Shown one piece after another: positions 1-10,511 of a DNA stretch of 64,000 nucleotides (position 1 is the stretch's first letter; every line of letters starts with the position of its first letter). The notes beneath the pieces were generated by a model. It was not told where the DNA came from, ran no database searches, and worked only from the letters and a program-made list of their open reading frames with translations. Source of the DNA: an uncultured Gemmatimonadaceae bacterium (GTDB lineage Bacteria > Gemmatimonadota > Gemmatimonadetes > Gemmatimonadales > Gemmatimonadaceae); NCBI GenBank assembly GCA_963817955.1, contig CAWFQK010000004.1, positions 1,344,001 through 1,408,000 on the forward strand. The letters run 5' to 3'. A program made the translations under genes and the position numbers.

Positions 1-105
1 GGCGCAGCTCAAGATGGCGCCATCGGCCTTCGTCTATGAAGAAAAAGGCCGTCCGACCAAGAAAGACCGGCGCGAGCTGTCGAACTTCATCGATCGCAAG
101 CGGCG

Positions 106-801
106 CTAGACCAAATCCGTCTGGAGCCGCGGGAACACGCCGCGATTCACGGCATGTCCGCCTTCGAACCGAATCACGTCATGGGGCAACCCGGCGGCGG
201 CGAGGCGCGCCTGTTCGGCAGCCAGCTCCGGTTCGCCGACGAACTGATCGCGGCTACCGACGACGAGCGTGACCCGCGCGCCGCGCACGGTGTCGGCGCC
301 GCGCGATAAGTCGGTTTCCGGCGGCATCAGGCCACCCCACAGAATAAGTCGGTCAATGCGGGGGTGGCCGTGGATGGCCCACCGAGTCGCCGTTGCGGCT
401 CCCTGCGAAAAGCCGATCACGTTGATGCGGGCACCACGCGCCGCCGGCTCGGCCGCGACATCCTCATAGAGCGCGTCGAGGTACTCGACGTAATCGGCGA
501 CTTCTGATTCGCGATCTTCTCGCGTCATCCATGTGGCGCCCACAGGACGATCGCGCGCCGGCACCTTGACCGGGTTCACCAGATAGAAGCGATTCATCGC
601 CTCCGGCGCCACGAGCAGCGCTTCGTCGCTCGCCAGGTCCGAGAAGTACCGAATGAAATCGCTGGCGAGCTGGCCGTACCCGTGAAGCAGGAACCACACG
701 ACACGAGCCGTCGACGGCGTACCGAGCGTGTAGTACCGCGCGGTGCGTTGGACGCGCAGATGGTGCGTGTGTGGCAGCTTGCCTTCAGTCTGGTCGGTCA
801 C
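106..801 (-). CDS. alpha/beta-hydrolase (phospholipase/carboxylesterase)
   Basis: LHGYGQ motif, GFSQG nucleophile elbow, C-terminal GGH; GTG start inferred. Confidence 0.85.
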   Translation of the reverse strand: MTDQTEGKLPHTHHLRVQRTARYYTLGTPSTARVVWFLLHGYGQLASDFIRYFSDLASDEALLVAPEAMNRFYLVNPVKVPARDRPVGATWMTREDRESEVADYVEYLDALYEDVAAEPAARGARINVIGFSQGAATATRWAIHGHPRIDRLILWGGLMPPETDLSRGADTVRGARVTLVVGSRDQFVGEPELAAEQARLAAAGLPHDVIRFEGGHAVNRGVFPRLQTDLV

Positions 802-837
802 CCCGTCAAGATACTCTCCGCTCGATCGGAGCAAAGG

Positions 838-2424
838 CTAGCGGGCGAATCCCGGCGGCGAGGACGATGCGGCAGCAAAGAGTTGGGCCTGGGATGTCGC
901 GTGCTGGAGTAGCCCGATCGCTCTCGTCAGCTGATGGTCGGACGAAAGGCTGCGCGCCTTCGCCGCTACGTCGCCGAACGCGAGGTGCACCACGCGCTGC
1001 TCGAGATCGCGCATGAGGAACACGCGGCTGGTTGCATCGTATTTGGCGTCGATCTTCACCCCCGCGGCCGCAAGGCGACGCATTAGCTCCGCGGTCCACG
1101 CCGGCGGCACAACGAAGTCACGTGCCACGGTGCCCTTGAGCTCGAGCGCGTAGTCCTGGAGCACCGTGTTGATCGTCTGGCTCTTCGCCGCGACAGAACG
1201 CAGGAAGCCGAGTTCCAAGGCAGAGAGCGTGTCGTCCGCCACCACGATGTCGGGTCGAATGCCGCCGCCGCCATAGACCAGGCGACCGGCATCCGACTTG
1301 TACGCGGGACGCGGCATGGTGTCCGGACCCGCCGAATCAGGATGCACTTCCACGAAATCGCCATTCGGCAGCAACTTGCGCTGGCGATGAATAGAGCGGC
1401 CGCTCGGCGTATACCACTTACCCGTGGTGAGCTTGAGCTGATAGTTGTTCGGGAGCTCGTAGACCGACTGCACGAGTCCCTTTCCAAAGGACGTCGTGCC
1501 AACGACGAGCGCGCGATCATGATCCTGCAGCGCACCCGCGACAATCTCCGTTGCCGAGGCAGAGCCGCCGTCCACGAGCACGACGAGCGGAATGGAGAGC
1601 GCAAGGTGATGACCGGTCGACCGCACCGTTTCGGTGGGCTGATTGCGCGAGCGGACACTCACGATCTCCTGCCCGTCACCCAAGAACAGACTCGACGTCT
1701 CGAGCGCCTGCTCGACGATGCCACCGCCATTGTCGCGCATGTCGAGCACGAGTCCCTTCGCGCCCGCTCGAGTGAGCGAATCCACGGCCGCAGAAACCTC
1801 GTCGGCGGTGTTCTCGTTGAATGTCTGCAGCGGGATGTACCCGACGTGATCGCCGAGGAAGCCTGTGTACGCCACAGCCGGCACATGGACCACGCGCCGT
1901 GTGAAGTGCAGTTTGATCGGTTCCGCGACGCCTGCCCGCGTGTAGGTCACCGAAACCTGCGATCCCACTACACCGCGCAGCAGGTTCGACACCTGCGCTA
2001 ACGACAGGGTGGTCGTGGTAATCGTGTCCACCGAAACAACGTGGTCGCCCTCGCGCACGCCCGCATCCGCGGCAGGCGTATTCGGAAAGACGCGATCGAC
2101 GGCAATCACCCCGGGCGACGGCTCGCCGATCAGCATTCCCGTGCCGCCATAGCGCCCGCCCGTGGCGCGATTGAAGTCCTCTGATTGCTTGGGGGAAAGG
2201 AGTTCGCTGTACGGATCGTTCAGTTCACGCACCAACCCTGCAGCCGCCTTTTCGTACGCCAGTCCGGACGGCAGCGAATCGACGTACCGGTCGCGCACCA
2301 GCGTCATGACCTGATCGAACATCTGTGCGTTGGCGCGAACGGGAGGCTTCTGAAGCAGAAAGCCGCCCGCAACCATAGGAACAACGAGCAGCGTGGCTGC
2401 AGTCGCGGTACGAAAGCGTGGCAT
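838..2424 (-). CDS. S41 family C-terminal processing peptidase (PDZ + S41)
   Basis: DPYS, DMRDNGGG, SASATEIVAGALQD, TSFGKGLVQ motifs. Confidence 0.92.
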   Translation of the reverse strand: MPRFRTATAATLLVVPMVAGGFLLQKPPVRANAQMFDQVMTLVRDRYVDSLPSGLAYEKAAAGLVRELNDPYSELLSPKQSEDFNRATGGRYGGTGMLIGEPSPGVIAVDRVFPNTPAADAGVREGDHVVSVDTITTTTLSLAQVSNLLRGVVGSQVSVTYTRAGVAEPIKLHFTRRVVHVPAVAYTGFLGDHVGYIPLQTFNENTADEVSAAVDSLTRAGAKGLVLDMRDNGGGIVEQALETSSLFLGDGQEIVSVRSRNQPTETVRSTGHHLALSIPLVVLVDGGSASATEIVAGALQDHDRALVVGTTSFGKGLVQSVYELPNNYQLKLTTGKWYTPSGRSIHRQRKLLPNGDFVEVHPDSAGPDTMPRPAYKSDAGRLVYGGGGIRPDIVVADDTLSALELGFLRSVAAKSQTINTVLQDYALELKGTVARDFVVPPAWTAELMRRLAAAGVKIDAKYDATSRVFLMRDLEQRVVHLAFGDVAAKARSLSSDHQLTRAIGLLQHATSQAQLFAAASSSPPGFAR

Positions 2425-2564
2425 GGACAAGTGGAGGGGGAAAATGCTCTTGCGAATCCAGACTACGTTCTTGATGCGCGGATGTCAACGCTAAGATGTT
2501 GTTCTGATTGCCTTTACGAGAAGTTGACAACTCGCCTGGCATCGCTAGCGTCACCAGATGACCA

Positions 2565-3935
2565 ATGCGCATGATCTCGAAACGTAGCGCCGAGCAATCG
2601 GAACTGATCACCACCGTACGGCTCGCCGTGCCGGTGGTTTTCGTGCAGCTAGGCTTCATGGGCATGGGTGTCGTAGACACGCTGATGGTTGGGCGGGTGT
2701 CGGCGCGCGTGCTCGCGGCTGTGGCACTCGGCAATCTCTATTTCTTCAACGTGTCCATCTTCGGCGCGGGCACCTTGATGGCACTCGATCCGATCGTCGC
2801 CCAGGGCATCGGCGCCGGTGACGACAATTCGGTGTCGCGGGCGATGCAGCGCGGTTTGGTCATTGCCGTCGCGCTGAGTCTCGGCACTGCCCTCCTGCTC
2901 GCGCCAGCCGCGCCGCTGTTGCGCGCGCTGCGCCAACCGCCCGAGATCATCCTGGACGCGGCGGCATACGTTCGTATCTCGATCGTCGGCGTGGTGCCGT
3001 TCTTCGCGTTCATCGTGCTGCGTCAGAGTCTTCAGGCAATGCATCGCGTGGCACCGATCGTCTGGACGGTAGTGGTGGCGAACATCACGAACGCGGCGTT
3101 CAACTGGGTGTTCGTATACGGACACCTCGGGAGTCCCGCACTTGGCGTCGCGGGGAGCGCCATCGCCACCGCGATCAGCCGCTGGGTGATGATGTTTCTG
3201 CTCCTCGTCATCGCGTGGCCCACCCTGCGACCGAACCTGTTGCCGGTGCGTCACGACACGTGGCACTGGGCGCCCATCCGGCGCATGCTGCGCATTGGCA
3301 TGCCAATTGGCGCACAGCAGGCATTGGAGGTCGGCGCGTTCGGCGCCATTGGTCTGTTGATGGGCGTGCTCGGCACCATCGAAATGGCGGCGCACCAGAT
3401 CGCGATCACGCTGGCGTCGTTGACGTTCATGGTGCCGGTCGGTGTCGCGACGGCAGGCGCGGTGCGCGTAGGCCATGCGATCGGCGCCGGCGATGACGGA
3501 CGGGCAAAGGAAGCGATCCGCGCGGCGTACCTCTGCGGCGTCGGCTTCATGACGCTCACCGCTGTCCTGTTCCTCTCCGTGCCGCGACTTCTGGCGGCAG
3601 CGTTCACGGGCGACGCGCGCGTCATGGCGCTGGCCGCGGTCCTGATTCCGATCGCCGGCGTGTTCCAGGTGTTCGACGGCGCGCAAGCAGTGGGAGCAGG
3701 CGTGCTGCGCGGATCGGGCGACACGACAGCACCGCTCTTCGTGATGCTCGGTGCGTACTGGATTATCGGAGTGCCGGTGAGCTGGTATCTCGGATTTCAC
3801 ACGCCGCTGGGCGCAGCAGGACTCTGGTGGGGATTCGTCTTCTCCCTCGCCTCTGTCGCGGTCTTCCTCTTCCTGCGCATTCGTGTGGTGTTCGGACGCG
3901 AGCTACGACGCGTTCACGTCGAGAGCCATGTATGA
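2565..3935 (+). CDS. MATE family efflux transporter (NorM-like)
   Basis: About 12 TM segments; VDTLMVG, AAHQIA, FQVFDGAQ, GVLRGSGDT motifs. Confidence 0.92.
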   Translation: MRMISKRSAEQSELITTVRLAVPVVFVQLGFMGMGVVDTLMVGRVSARVLAAVALGNLYFFNVSIFGAGTLMALDPIVAQGIGAGDDNSVSRAMQRGLVIAVALSLGTALLLAPAAPLLRALRQPPEIILDAAAYVRISIVGVVPFFAFIVLRQSLQAMHRVAPIVWTVVVANITNAAFNWVFVYGHLGSPALGVAGSAIATAISRWVMMFLLLVIAWPTLRPNLLPVRHDTWHWAPIRRMLRIGMPIGAQQALEVGAFGAIGLLMGVLGTIEMAAHQIAITLASLTFMVPVGVATAGAVRVGHAIGAGDDGRAKEAIRAAYLCGVGFMTLTAVLFLSVPRLLAAAFTGDARVMALAAVLIPIAGVFQVFDGAQAVGAGVLRGSGDTTAPLFVMLGAYWIIGVPVSWYLGFHTPLGAAGLWWGFVFSLASVAVFLFLRIRVVFGRELRRVHVESHV

Positions 3936-4097
3936 CGGGTCTTCGGGGATTTGTGTGGGTGATTTCGGGAGGCTCGAGGGGGAGGACGACTCTTTCTAAC
4001 GCAGAGTTCGCAGAGAACTGCGCCCCCTTCTATAAGGCAGGCGGCCGGCCAGGGATCGTGATCGGCGACTCTGGTCAGGTCCGCACTATTGACCTTC

Positions 4098-4709
4098 ACA
4101 GACTGTTGAAATACGAGTGAATCGCCAGCAATCGGTTACGCGGCTGCGAAGATCGTGATCTGAGCGACGCCTGTCATCCTGAGCGACGCCTGTCATCCTG
4201 AGCGACGGCCTGTCATCCTGAGCGACGGCCTGTCATCCTGAGCGACGGCCTGTCATCCTGAGCGACGGGCTGTCATCCTGAGCGAAAGCGAAGGATCTCT
4301 GTGACCGATAGACCAGCTTTTGAACGCAGAGGACGCAGAGAACTGCAGGAGGTCGCAGAGAACTGCAAGAGAACTGCAGAGAACCGTGAAGGATTGTCTC
4401 GCCTGGGCGTCTTGGCTGATGCCGTCGTGAGGCTCCGATGGTATCGCCCAGATCGGGATCATCAACGATATGGGCGGAATGATTGTGGACTCGGCAATCA
4501 GGTTCATTCCACCAATACGCCCTTCCCCCTTCCGCACGCTTCCAGTTCTCTTTTGCAGTTCTCTGTTGCAGTTCTCTGTTGCAGTTCTCTGCAGTTCTCT
4601 TGCAGTTCTCTGCGTCCTCTGCGTTCAAAAGCTGTTGCGCCGTTTGCGTTAAAAGACCGTCCGGCCCTCGAAGTGATCTGACTCCTGTTCAGCTATTTCA
4701 ACAGTCTGT
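4098..4709. mobile_element. Composite MITE-like element, copy 1
   Basis: Perfect terminal IR ACAGACTGTTGAAATA/TATTTCAACAGTCTGT. Contains 6 tandem TGTCATCCTGAGCG units ending in GCGAAGGATCT and inner inverted AACGCAGAGGACGCAGAGAACTGCA arms. Homologous to 8738-9291 and 30796-31362. Confidence 0.8.
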
Positions 4710-4824
4710 TAACGCTCGGAGTCCAATCCACGCTGTACCGACCAGCGATCGTGGCTTGCGAGCCAGGGCCACCCGCGCGACTACCCTGCACGATTGATGA
4801 GATTTACTCCGCGTTCCTCCACCG

Positions 4825-5337
4825 CTACCGTAGCAGATCGTCGATCGCGTGCACCGCGAGCGCACGCCGCGCTTGACGGTCGCCACGTATCTCCACGTTC
4901 GGCACTCCTGACAGGCGCACGGCATCACGGAACAGCTGCTGCATCGCGTCCCGCATATGGCCGCGGTCGCGTACGCCGTCCTGGACCCAATCGATGTCGA
5001 TGTCGCAGAGCAGGTACAGATCGGGCTGCCGGGCCGCGGCCGTCTCACGAATCCAATCGGGACAGCGACCGAAATAGTGATCGCAGTACACGACCGTGCT
5101 CAACAAGTCCGTATCCTGCACGATGAGTGGAGACGCTTTCGCGATGGCCGCGTCCTCTAGGGCGAGCTGGCCACGGGTGATCGGCCCGTGGTCGCTGAAG
5201 TCGATCGGGGCGCCTTTCTGCTCGGCGAAATCACGGACAAACTCCGGTACGAGCTCAGCCCCGTAGTGGCGCGTAAGCAGGTGCGCCATCGTGGTTTTGC
5301 CGGTCGACTCGGAGCCGGTGAAAACGACCCGCTTCAT
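4825..5337 (-). CDS. NadR/AAA_28-type P-loop kinase
   Basis: GSESTGKTT Walker A, DTD, W.QDGVR; overlaps pnuC stop. Confidence 0.85.
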   Translation of the reverse strand: MKRVVFTGSESTGKTTMAHLLTRHYGAELVPEFVRDFAEQKGAPIDFSDHGPITRGQLALEDAAIAKASPLIVQDTDLLSTVVYCDHYFGRCPDWIRETAAARQPDLYLLCDIDIDWVQDGVRDRGHMRDAMQQLFRDAVRLSGVPNVEIRGDRQARRALAVHAIDDLLR

Positions 5338-5933
5338 GTGGTCCGCTCCAGGCTTCGTTTCCAGGCAAGATGCCCGAGCACGGCGAGCACGAAATAGATC
5401 CCGTAGTTCGCCGCCGTGAGATACAGCCCCTTGAAGATGAACATGCCCACATACACCACGTCAACGGCAATCCACAGCGCCCAGTTCTCGATCAGTTTTC
5501 GTGTCATGAGGTACTGCGCGACCAGGCTGATCGTCGTGGTCGCGGCGTCTACATAGGGGAGTGCCACGCCAGGAAGCGCCGACGTGATCTTTCCGAGCGC
5601 CGCCCATACGATGACGGCGCTGGCGCCGAGGATCAGCCAGGTGCGAGACGGGGTACGCGACACGTGAAGCTCGGTGTGCCCCTTTCCGCCGTAGAGCCAC
5701 TCATACCAGCCGTAGAGCGACAGCGCGAAGTACACCACCTGCAGGCCCATGTCGGAGTACAAGCCTGACCGATAGAACAAGGCGAAATACAGCGCGACGT
5801 TCACCAGCGCAGTGGGCCAGCTCCAGATGTTCTCGCGCACGCTGAGGAACACGCTCACGATGCCGAACAACACCGCCACGAGCTCGAGACAACTCGAGCC
5901 ATGGGCCGTGAGCCAGGTGCATGCGTGCCACAT
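5334..5933 (-). CDS. pnuC: PnuC family vitamin (nicotinamide riboside-type) transporter
   Basis: RENIWSWP, YGWYEW, ENWALWIAVD motifs. Confidence 0.9.
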   Translation of the reverse strand: MWHACTWLTAHGSSCLELVAVLFGIVSVFLSVRENIWSWPTALVNVALYFALFYRSGLYSDMGLQVVYFALSLYGWYEWLYGGKGHTELHVSRTPSRTWLILGASAVIVWAALGKITSALPGVALPYVDAATTTISLVAQYLMTRKLIENWALWIAVDVVYVGMFIFKGLYLTAANYGIYFVLAVLGHLAWKRSLERTT

Positions 5934-5934
5934 G

Positions 5935-7680
5935 TCAGCGCCCGAGCGTCGCGAGCGTCCGGTCGCCGGCTTGGGCGACCCGCGTTGCCGCGTGGTCGAT
6001 CGCGGCGATGGTTTCCGGCGACGAACCACCCACCTCGATGTCCGTCATCGTTCGCAGCGCCTTCACGTAGTAGTCGGCCCAGGTGCCGAGGATGTCACGC
6101 TCGACTTCCCTGCTGCCGCCCGCCGCGAGTGCGGCCTGGCTCAGCACAAGCTCGCGATCCAGGCGCGCCAGAGCGGCGCGTTCGACCTCGGCGACGAGCG
6201 CGCGCGCCGTTTCTCCATCGGCCGAAGTCAGCGTCAACACCGCGGCCAACCCTGCTGTGCCGACATTGGTGAGCTCCGCCACGGACACGTTGCCGAGCCG
6301 GTCGCCATCGGTGTGGTAGTAGACGTCGGTGAAATGCCAGAACAGCGCGCCGGGCTTCTTGAAGTCGAGGAATGGCGTGTGATCGCTTCCGCCCTCGAAT
6401 GGATTCGTGCGCACCAGCCAGCCAGTGACCGCGGCCTGGTCGAGGCAGCGGGCGAGCAGGAAATCGTTGTAATAGTGTGGCGCGAGTTGCGCCTTCGTGA
6501 TCGGACGTCCTCCCCATTCGCTGTGGTGCTCGTCGCCGCGCGTCCAGATCGCCGACGGGTCGGGCATCTTCTCGATGAGAAATGTTCCGCCCGTTTTCTT
6601 CGTGTCCTCACCCGTCATGTCGAGACTGAGACCCCAGCGCACCCCACGCGTGCGCACAGAGTCGTCGGCCAGAAAGTTGCGCGTCTGTGTAATCTCGAGG
6701 CCAAACAGCATCGTGATCGTACGCTTCGGGCGCACCACGCCCGTCTTGACGAGCGCACCGAGCACGCGCGCCATCTCGGTCAGGTCGCCGACGCCAGTGG
6801 CGTTGTCGTTCGTGCCCGGTTCCTGTACATGCGCGCTCAGGACGTAGCGCTCGGCGGGAGCCGTGGTGCCATGCACTTCCGCCACGAGCGTCATCTCGTC
6901 CGCGGGGTACATCGTCGTTCGCGTGCGCACGCGCACGTTCGTTGGCCCCTTCGCCAACGCCGATCGCAGGCGCACGACCGCGTCTCTCGACAGCGGAATG
7001 CCCCAGCTCTTCTTCGCGCTGTCATACGCGATCGACCCAAACTGGATGGAATGGGGATGTGTCTCCGGTTGCGTATACGCTGGCATGTTGTACGTCAGCA
7101 CGCCGAGCGCGCCACGCTTCTGCACCGCCTCGGCAAAGACGCGGCCCACGTTGCCGTCGGCCAGCACGATCTTCCCGGCAACCGGAGCGCGATCGTACTC
7201 GGCAGGCGTGCCCTTGCCGACATCGACGAGCGGCGCAAGGACGCCGCTGTCCGGCGTGGAGAAGGAGCTGATCGCCAGCATGTTGCGATTCGTCGCGAAG
7301 CGCAGCACCGGCTCGGCATCGCCGGCGATCGCCACGCTCGCGTCTACTGGCTCCCACGCCGGCTGGCGCATCGCCCGATGCTCAATGCGATAGGTGAGGA
7401 CGTTCGCCGGAGTCGCCGCCGACTCTTCGACGTACCCGGCTTCTTTTAGAATATCCTCAACGCGCCGAATGCTGGCGTTGAAGCCGGCATTTCCCGGCCA
7501 GCGGAAGTACTGATCCATGAACGCCACCTGATCGTACGCACGCTGGCCCGAGAAGAGGGGGCGGACCAGAGCGAAGTAGCGCTTGATGGCTGGCGGCGTA
7601 TCAGGCCGTTGCGCATCGAGGCGCGGCGAGACGATGGCGGCTGCGACCGTGATTCCCACGGCAACATGTTTGAGCGACAC
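5935..7680 (-). CDS. Secreted M28 family metallopeptidase with PA domain
   Basis: Signal peptide; SAHVQEPGTNDNATG, GLEI, LDMTG, GSDH, YYHT motifs. Confidence 0.82.
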   Translation of the reverse strand: MSLKHVAVGITVAAAIVSPRLDAQRPDTPPAIKRYFALVRPLFSGQRAYDQVAFMDQYFRWPGNAGFNASIRRVEDILKEAGYVEESAATPANVLTYRIEHRAMRQPAWEPVDASVAIAGDAEPVLRFATNRNMLAISSFSTPDSGVLAPLVDVGKGTPAEYDRAPVAGKIVLADGNVGRVFAEAVQKRGALGVLTYNMPAYTQPETHPHSIQFGSIAYDSAKKSWGIPLSRDAVVRLRSALAKGPTNVRVRTRTTMYPADEMTLVAEVHGTTAPAERYVLSAHVQEPGTNDNATGVGDLTEMARVLGALVKTGVVRPKRTITMLFGLEITQTRNFLADDSVRTRGVRWGLSLDMTGEDTKKTGGTFLIEKMPDPSAIWTRGDEHHSEWGGRPITKAQLAPHYYNDFLLARCLDQAAVTGWLVRTNPFEGGSDHTPFLDFKKPGALFWHFTDVYYHTDGDRLGNVSVAELTNVGTAGLAAVLTLTSADGETARALVAEVERAALARLDRELVLSQAALAAGGSREVERDILGTWADYYVKALRTMTDIEVGGSSPETIAAIDHAATRVAQAGDRTLATLGR

Positions 7681-7754
7681 TGACGACTCCGGTGGCTGGA
7701 AAAGCGGTGCGGCTAAGATAGCGCTCTGTCTTCGCCGCCGACTACCTTCTCCGC

Positions 7755-8738
7755 ATGCCACGCGTCGAAGTCGATCCGCTCACTCCTGATCCGCAGGTCA
7801 TCGCCGAAGCAGCCCGCCTATTGCGCGCGGGCGGACTCGTGGCGTTTCCCACTGAAACGGTGTACGGCCTCGGTGCGAACGCGCTCGACGCCGCCGCTGT
7901 GGCGCGGATCTACGCCGCCAAGGGCCGCCCAGCGTACAACCCACTGATCGTCCACGTGGCGCAGGCTGAACAGGCGCTGGACGTGGTGCGAGAATGGCCG
8001 GATCGCGCGGCACGGCTCGCCCACCGGTTCTGGCCCGGTCCGCTGACGATGGTACTGCCAAAGCGTCCGTCCGTTCCGGATTCAGTGACCGCCGGACTGG
8101 ATTCAGTGGCGGTGCGCGTGCCGATGCACCGAGTGGCCCATGCGCTGCTCCTGGCGGCGAACATTCCGGTCGCCGCCCCGAGCGCAAACATTTCGATGAG
8201 TCTGTCGCCCACCACCGGCCGCCACGTCGCCAAGTCCCTGGGCGACAAGGTGGACATGATCCTCGACGCCGGTCCCACCCCGGTGGGCATCGAGTCGACC
8301 GTGGTCGATCTGACGACGCCCGTAGCGACCCTGCTGCGCCCCGGCACGATCGCGTTGCCGGAGCTCGAGGCGGTGCTTGGTCCCATGGCAGTGGGCGGTA
8401 CGTCGGACGACACCGGCGCGCGGCGTTCGCCGGGCATGCTCGATCGACACTACGCGCCGAGGGCACGGCTCATTCTGTCATCAGCCGGCGATCTCGAATC
8501 CGCGATCACCCGCGAGCGCATGGCCGGCCGAACTGTTGGCGCATTGGTCATGACCACCGCACTGCCAACCAGCGACACGGTGCAGTTGCCACATGAGCCG
8601 CACGAGTACGCGGCGCAGCTCTACGCAGCGCTCCACGCGCTCGATGACCGAGGATACGACGTCATTGTCGTTGAACGCGTGCCCAGCGGCCCCGAGTGGC
8701 TCGGCGTGCGCGACCGGCTGGAGCGCGCGGCGCAATGA
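7755..8738 (+). CDS. tsaC: L-threonylcarbamoyladenylate synthase (Sua5-type)
   Basis: FPTETVYGLGA, KGRP.YNPLIVH, AAPSAN, SPGM motifs plus Sua5 C-terminal domain. Confidence 0.93.
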   Translation: MPRVEVDPLTPDPQVIAEAARLLRAGGLVAFPTETVYGLGANALDAAAVARIYAAKGRPAYNPLIVHVAQAEQALDVVREWPDRAARLAHRFWPGPLTMVLPKRPSVPDSVTAGLDSVAVRVPMHRVAHALLLAANIPVAAPSANISMSLSPTTGRHVAKSLGDKVDMILDAGPTPVGIESTVVDLTTPVATLLRPGTIALPELEAVLGPMAVGGTSDDTGARRSPGMLDRHYAPRARLILSSAGDLESAITRERMAGRTVGALVMTTALPTSDTVQLPHEPHEYAAQLYAALHALDDRGYDVIVVERVPSGPEWLGVRDRLERAAQ

Positions 8739-9291
8739 CAGACTGTTGAACTACGAGTGAATCGCCAGCAATCGGTTACGCGGCTGCGAAGATCGTGATC
8801 TGAGCGACGCCTGTCATCCTGAGCGACGGCCTGTCATCCTGAGCGACGGCCTGTCATCCTGAGCGAAAGCGAAGGATCTCTGTGACCGATAGACCAGCTT
8901 TTTAACGCAGAGGACGCAGAGAACTGCAGGAGGACGCAGAGAACTGCAGGAGGTCGCAGAGAACTGCAAGAGAACTGCAGAGAACTGCAAAAAGAGAACT
9001 GTAAGCGTACGGAAGAGGGAAGCGCGTATAGGTGGAATGAACCGTGATTGCCGAGTCCACAATCATTCCGCCTATGTCGTTAATGATCACGACCTGGGCG
9101 ATACCATCGGAGCATCACGACGGCATCATCCAAGATATCGGGATAAGATCTACTCGGTGTTCCTCTGCGGTTCTCTGCGTTCTCTTCAGTTCTCTGCGTC
9201 CTCTGCGTTGAAAAAAAGCCCTCCAACCCTCGAATTGATGCGCACGCCCTCGAGCTTCTGACTCGTGTCCAGCACTATTTCAAAAGTCTGT
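8738..9291. mobile_element. Composite MITE-like element, copy 2 (core inverted)
   Basis: Ends ACAGACTGTTGAACTA/TATTTCAAAAGTCTGT; 3 TGTCATCCTGAGCG units; core is the reverse complement of the copy 1 core. Confidence 0.78.
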
Positions 9292-9317
9292 CCGGAAGAC
9301 GCAAGTGATCTAACCGC

Positions 9318-10388
9318 CTACCAGACCGCCTGGAACGCGGTGAGCAACACCGTGCCGGCGGGCACGTTGGGAACGTTGGGGAAGGTCTGGCGCACCACGT
9401 TGACGGCGAACTTGGCGATGCCACCGTCGATCAGATAGCTGCCGCCCGCCACGATCTGTTGCTCGAAGGCGTTGGAGAGGGACGTCTCGGCGCCGCGGTC
9501 GCGATCCCACGAATCGTACCGGGCGACGAACTGCAGATTCCGCGTGGGGCGCACGGCGCCGAGCGTGTACCAGCCGAATCGGCGTAGCGATCCATCGCGC
9601 GCCGACATCGCCTCGGCACGCAGCGTGACGCCTTCGCCACGGTATTGCACCTCGCCACCGGCCCGCTCCCTTCGTTGGAGTGTGGGGCCGCCCTCAAACG
9701 CGCCGGAACCGCCGAACTCGAGCTTCGGCAAACCCCAAGGGTGCATGACTACCCGGCCAATGATTGCCTTCTGGTCATTCGGGTCCGTGGTGCCCTGGCT
9801 CTCACCGGTCTCGTTGAACAGGCCCACGTGATACTCGACCACGTCCAGCGCGCGCCCATTGGCGGACACACCAATGTCGCGCACATCGCCCAGGCCAGTG
9901 CCGCGCGAACGCTCGACGATGAACATCGATCGCTCGATCGTTTCCACCTGCGACGTCGGAATGGCTCCTTCCAGGCTCAACGGCACGAGTTGCTGACCGA
10001 TGTCGAGTTGCAGATCGTGCGCCGCGAGGTAGGTCAGCGCCGCGTCCTGCAGAATTCGCGACCGCTGATCGATGTTCATGTCAGTCAACATCGATGACGA
10101 GTCGTCGACCGTCTTGCTGAGCGTCAACGCTTTGGCCGCATCGAACCCGATACGCCACCGTAAGTGCGGGGATAGATCGCCGCTGAACTTGAGGTCCGCC
10201 TTGCGAAGGCGGAAACCGTCGTTGATGGTGGGATCGCCGGCGCGGTAGTACACCTGAAGAAATCCGTGGATCTCTATAGGCGGCAGCACGCGCGCTGCTG
10301 ACGAGTCCTGCGCATGCAGCGCGCTACCGGTGGCGAAGGACGTTATGAGAGCGAGGACCCAAGGAGCGCGGACGCGACGGCGGGGCAT
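9318..10388 (-). CDS. Outer-membrane porin (phosphate-selective OprO/P-like)
   Basis: Signal peptide; FRLRKADLKFSG, GQQLVPLSLE, RDIG motifs; C-terminal W. Confidence 0.7.
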   Translation of the reverse strand: MPRRRVRAPWVLALITSFATGSALHAQDSSAARVLPPIEIHGFLQVYYRAGDPTINDGFRLRKADLKFSGDLSPHLRWRIGFDAAKALTLSKTVDDSSSMLTDMNIDQRSRILQDAALTYLAAHDLQLDIGQQLVPLSLEGAIPTSQVETIERSMFIVERSRGTGLGDVRDIGVSANGRALDVVEYHVGLFNETGESQGTTDPNDQKAIIGRVVMHPWGLPKLEFGGSGAFEGGPTLQRRERAGGEVQYRGEGVTLRAEAMSARDGSLRRFGWYTLGAVRPTRNLQFVARYDSWDRDRGAETSLSNAFEQQIVAGGSYLIDGGIAKFAVNVVRQTFPNVPNVPAGTVLLTAFQAVW

Positions 10389-10511
10389 TGAGGCGAGATC
10401 TTCGAAATTTGGGAGAAACAGGCCCGGGAGGTTTCGCCGCGGCCGCAGGAAGGCACAGTATCTTACTCAGACGATCACCCTCGCCGAGAGCCACCTTTAC
10501 CCCCCTTCCAA

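Noticed and set aside
4160..4300. CRISPR array suggested by the tandem TGTCATCCTGAGCGACGGCC units
   Set aside because: Units are head-to-tail with a 19-20 bp period, have no unique spacers, and no cas genes are present
4233..4797. Short ORFs inside the MITE copies (also 8814-9261, 13160-13482, 30834-31329)
   Set aside because: Low-complexity translations of GCAGAGAACT repeats in several frames; no coding signal
5812..7449. Long antisense ORFs (also 2649-3800, 15474-17036, 25171-26490, 60304-61608)
   Set aside because: High-GC shadow frames opposite well-supported genes
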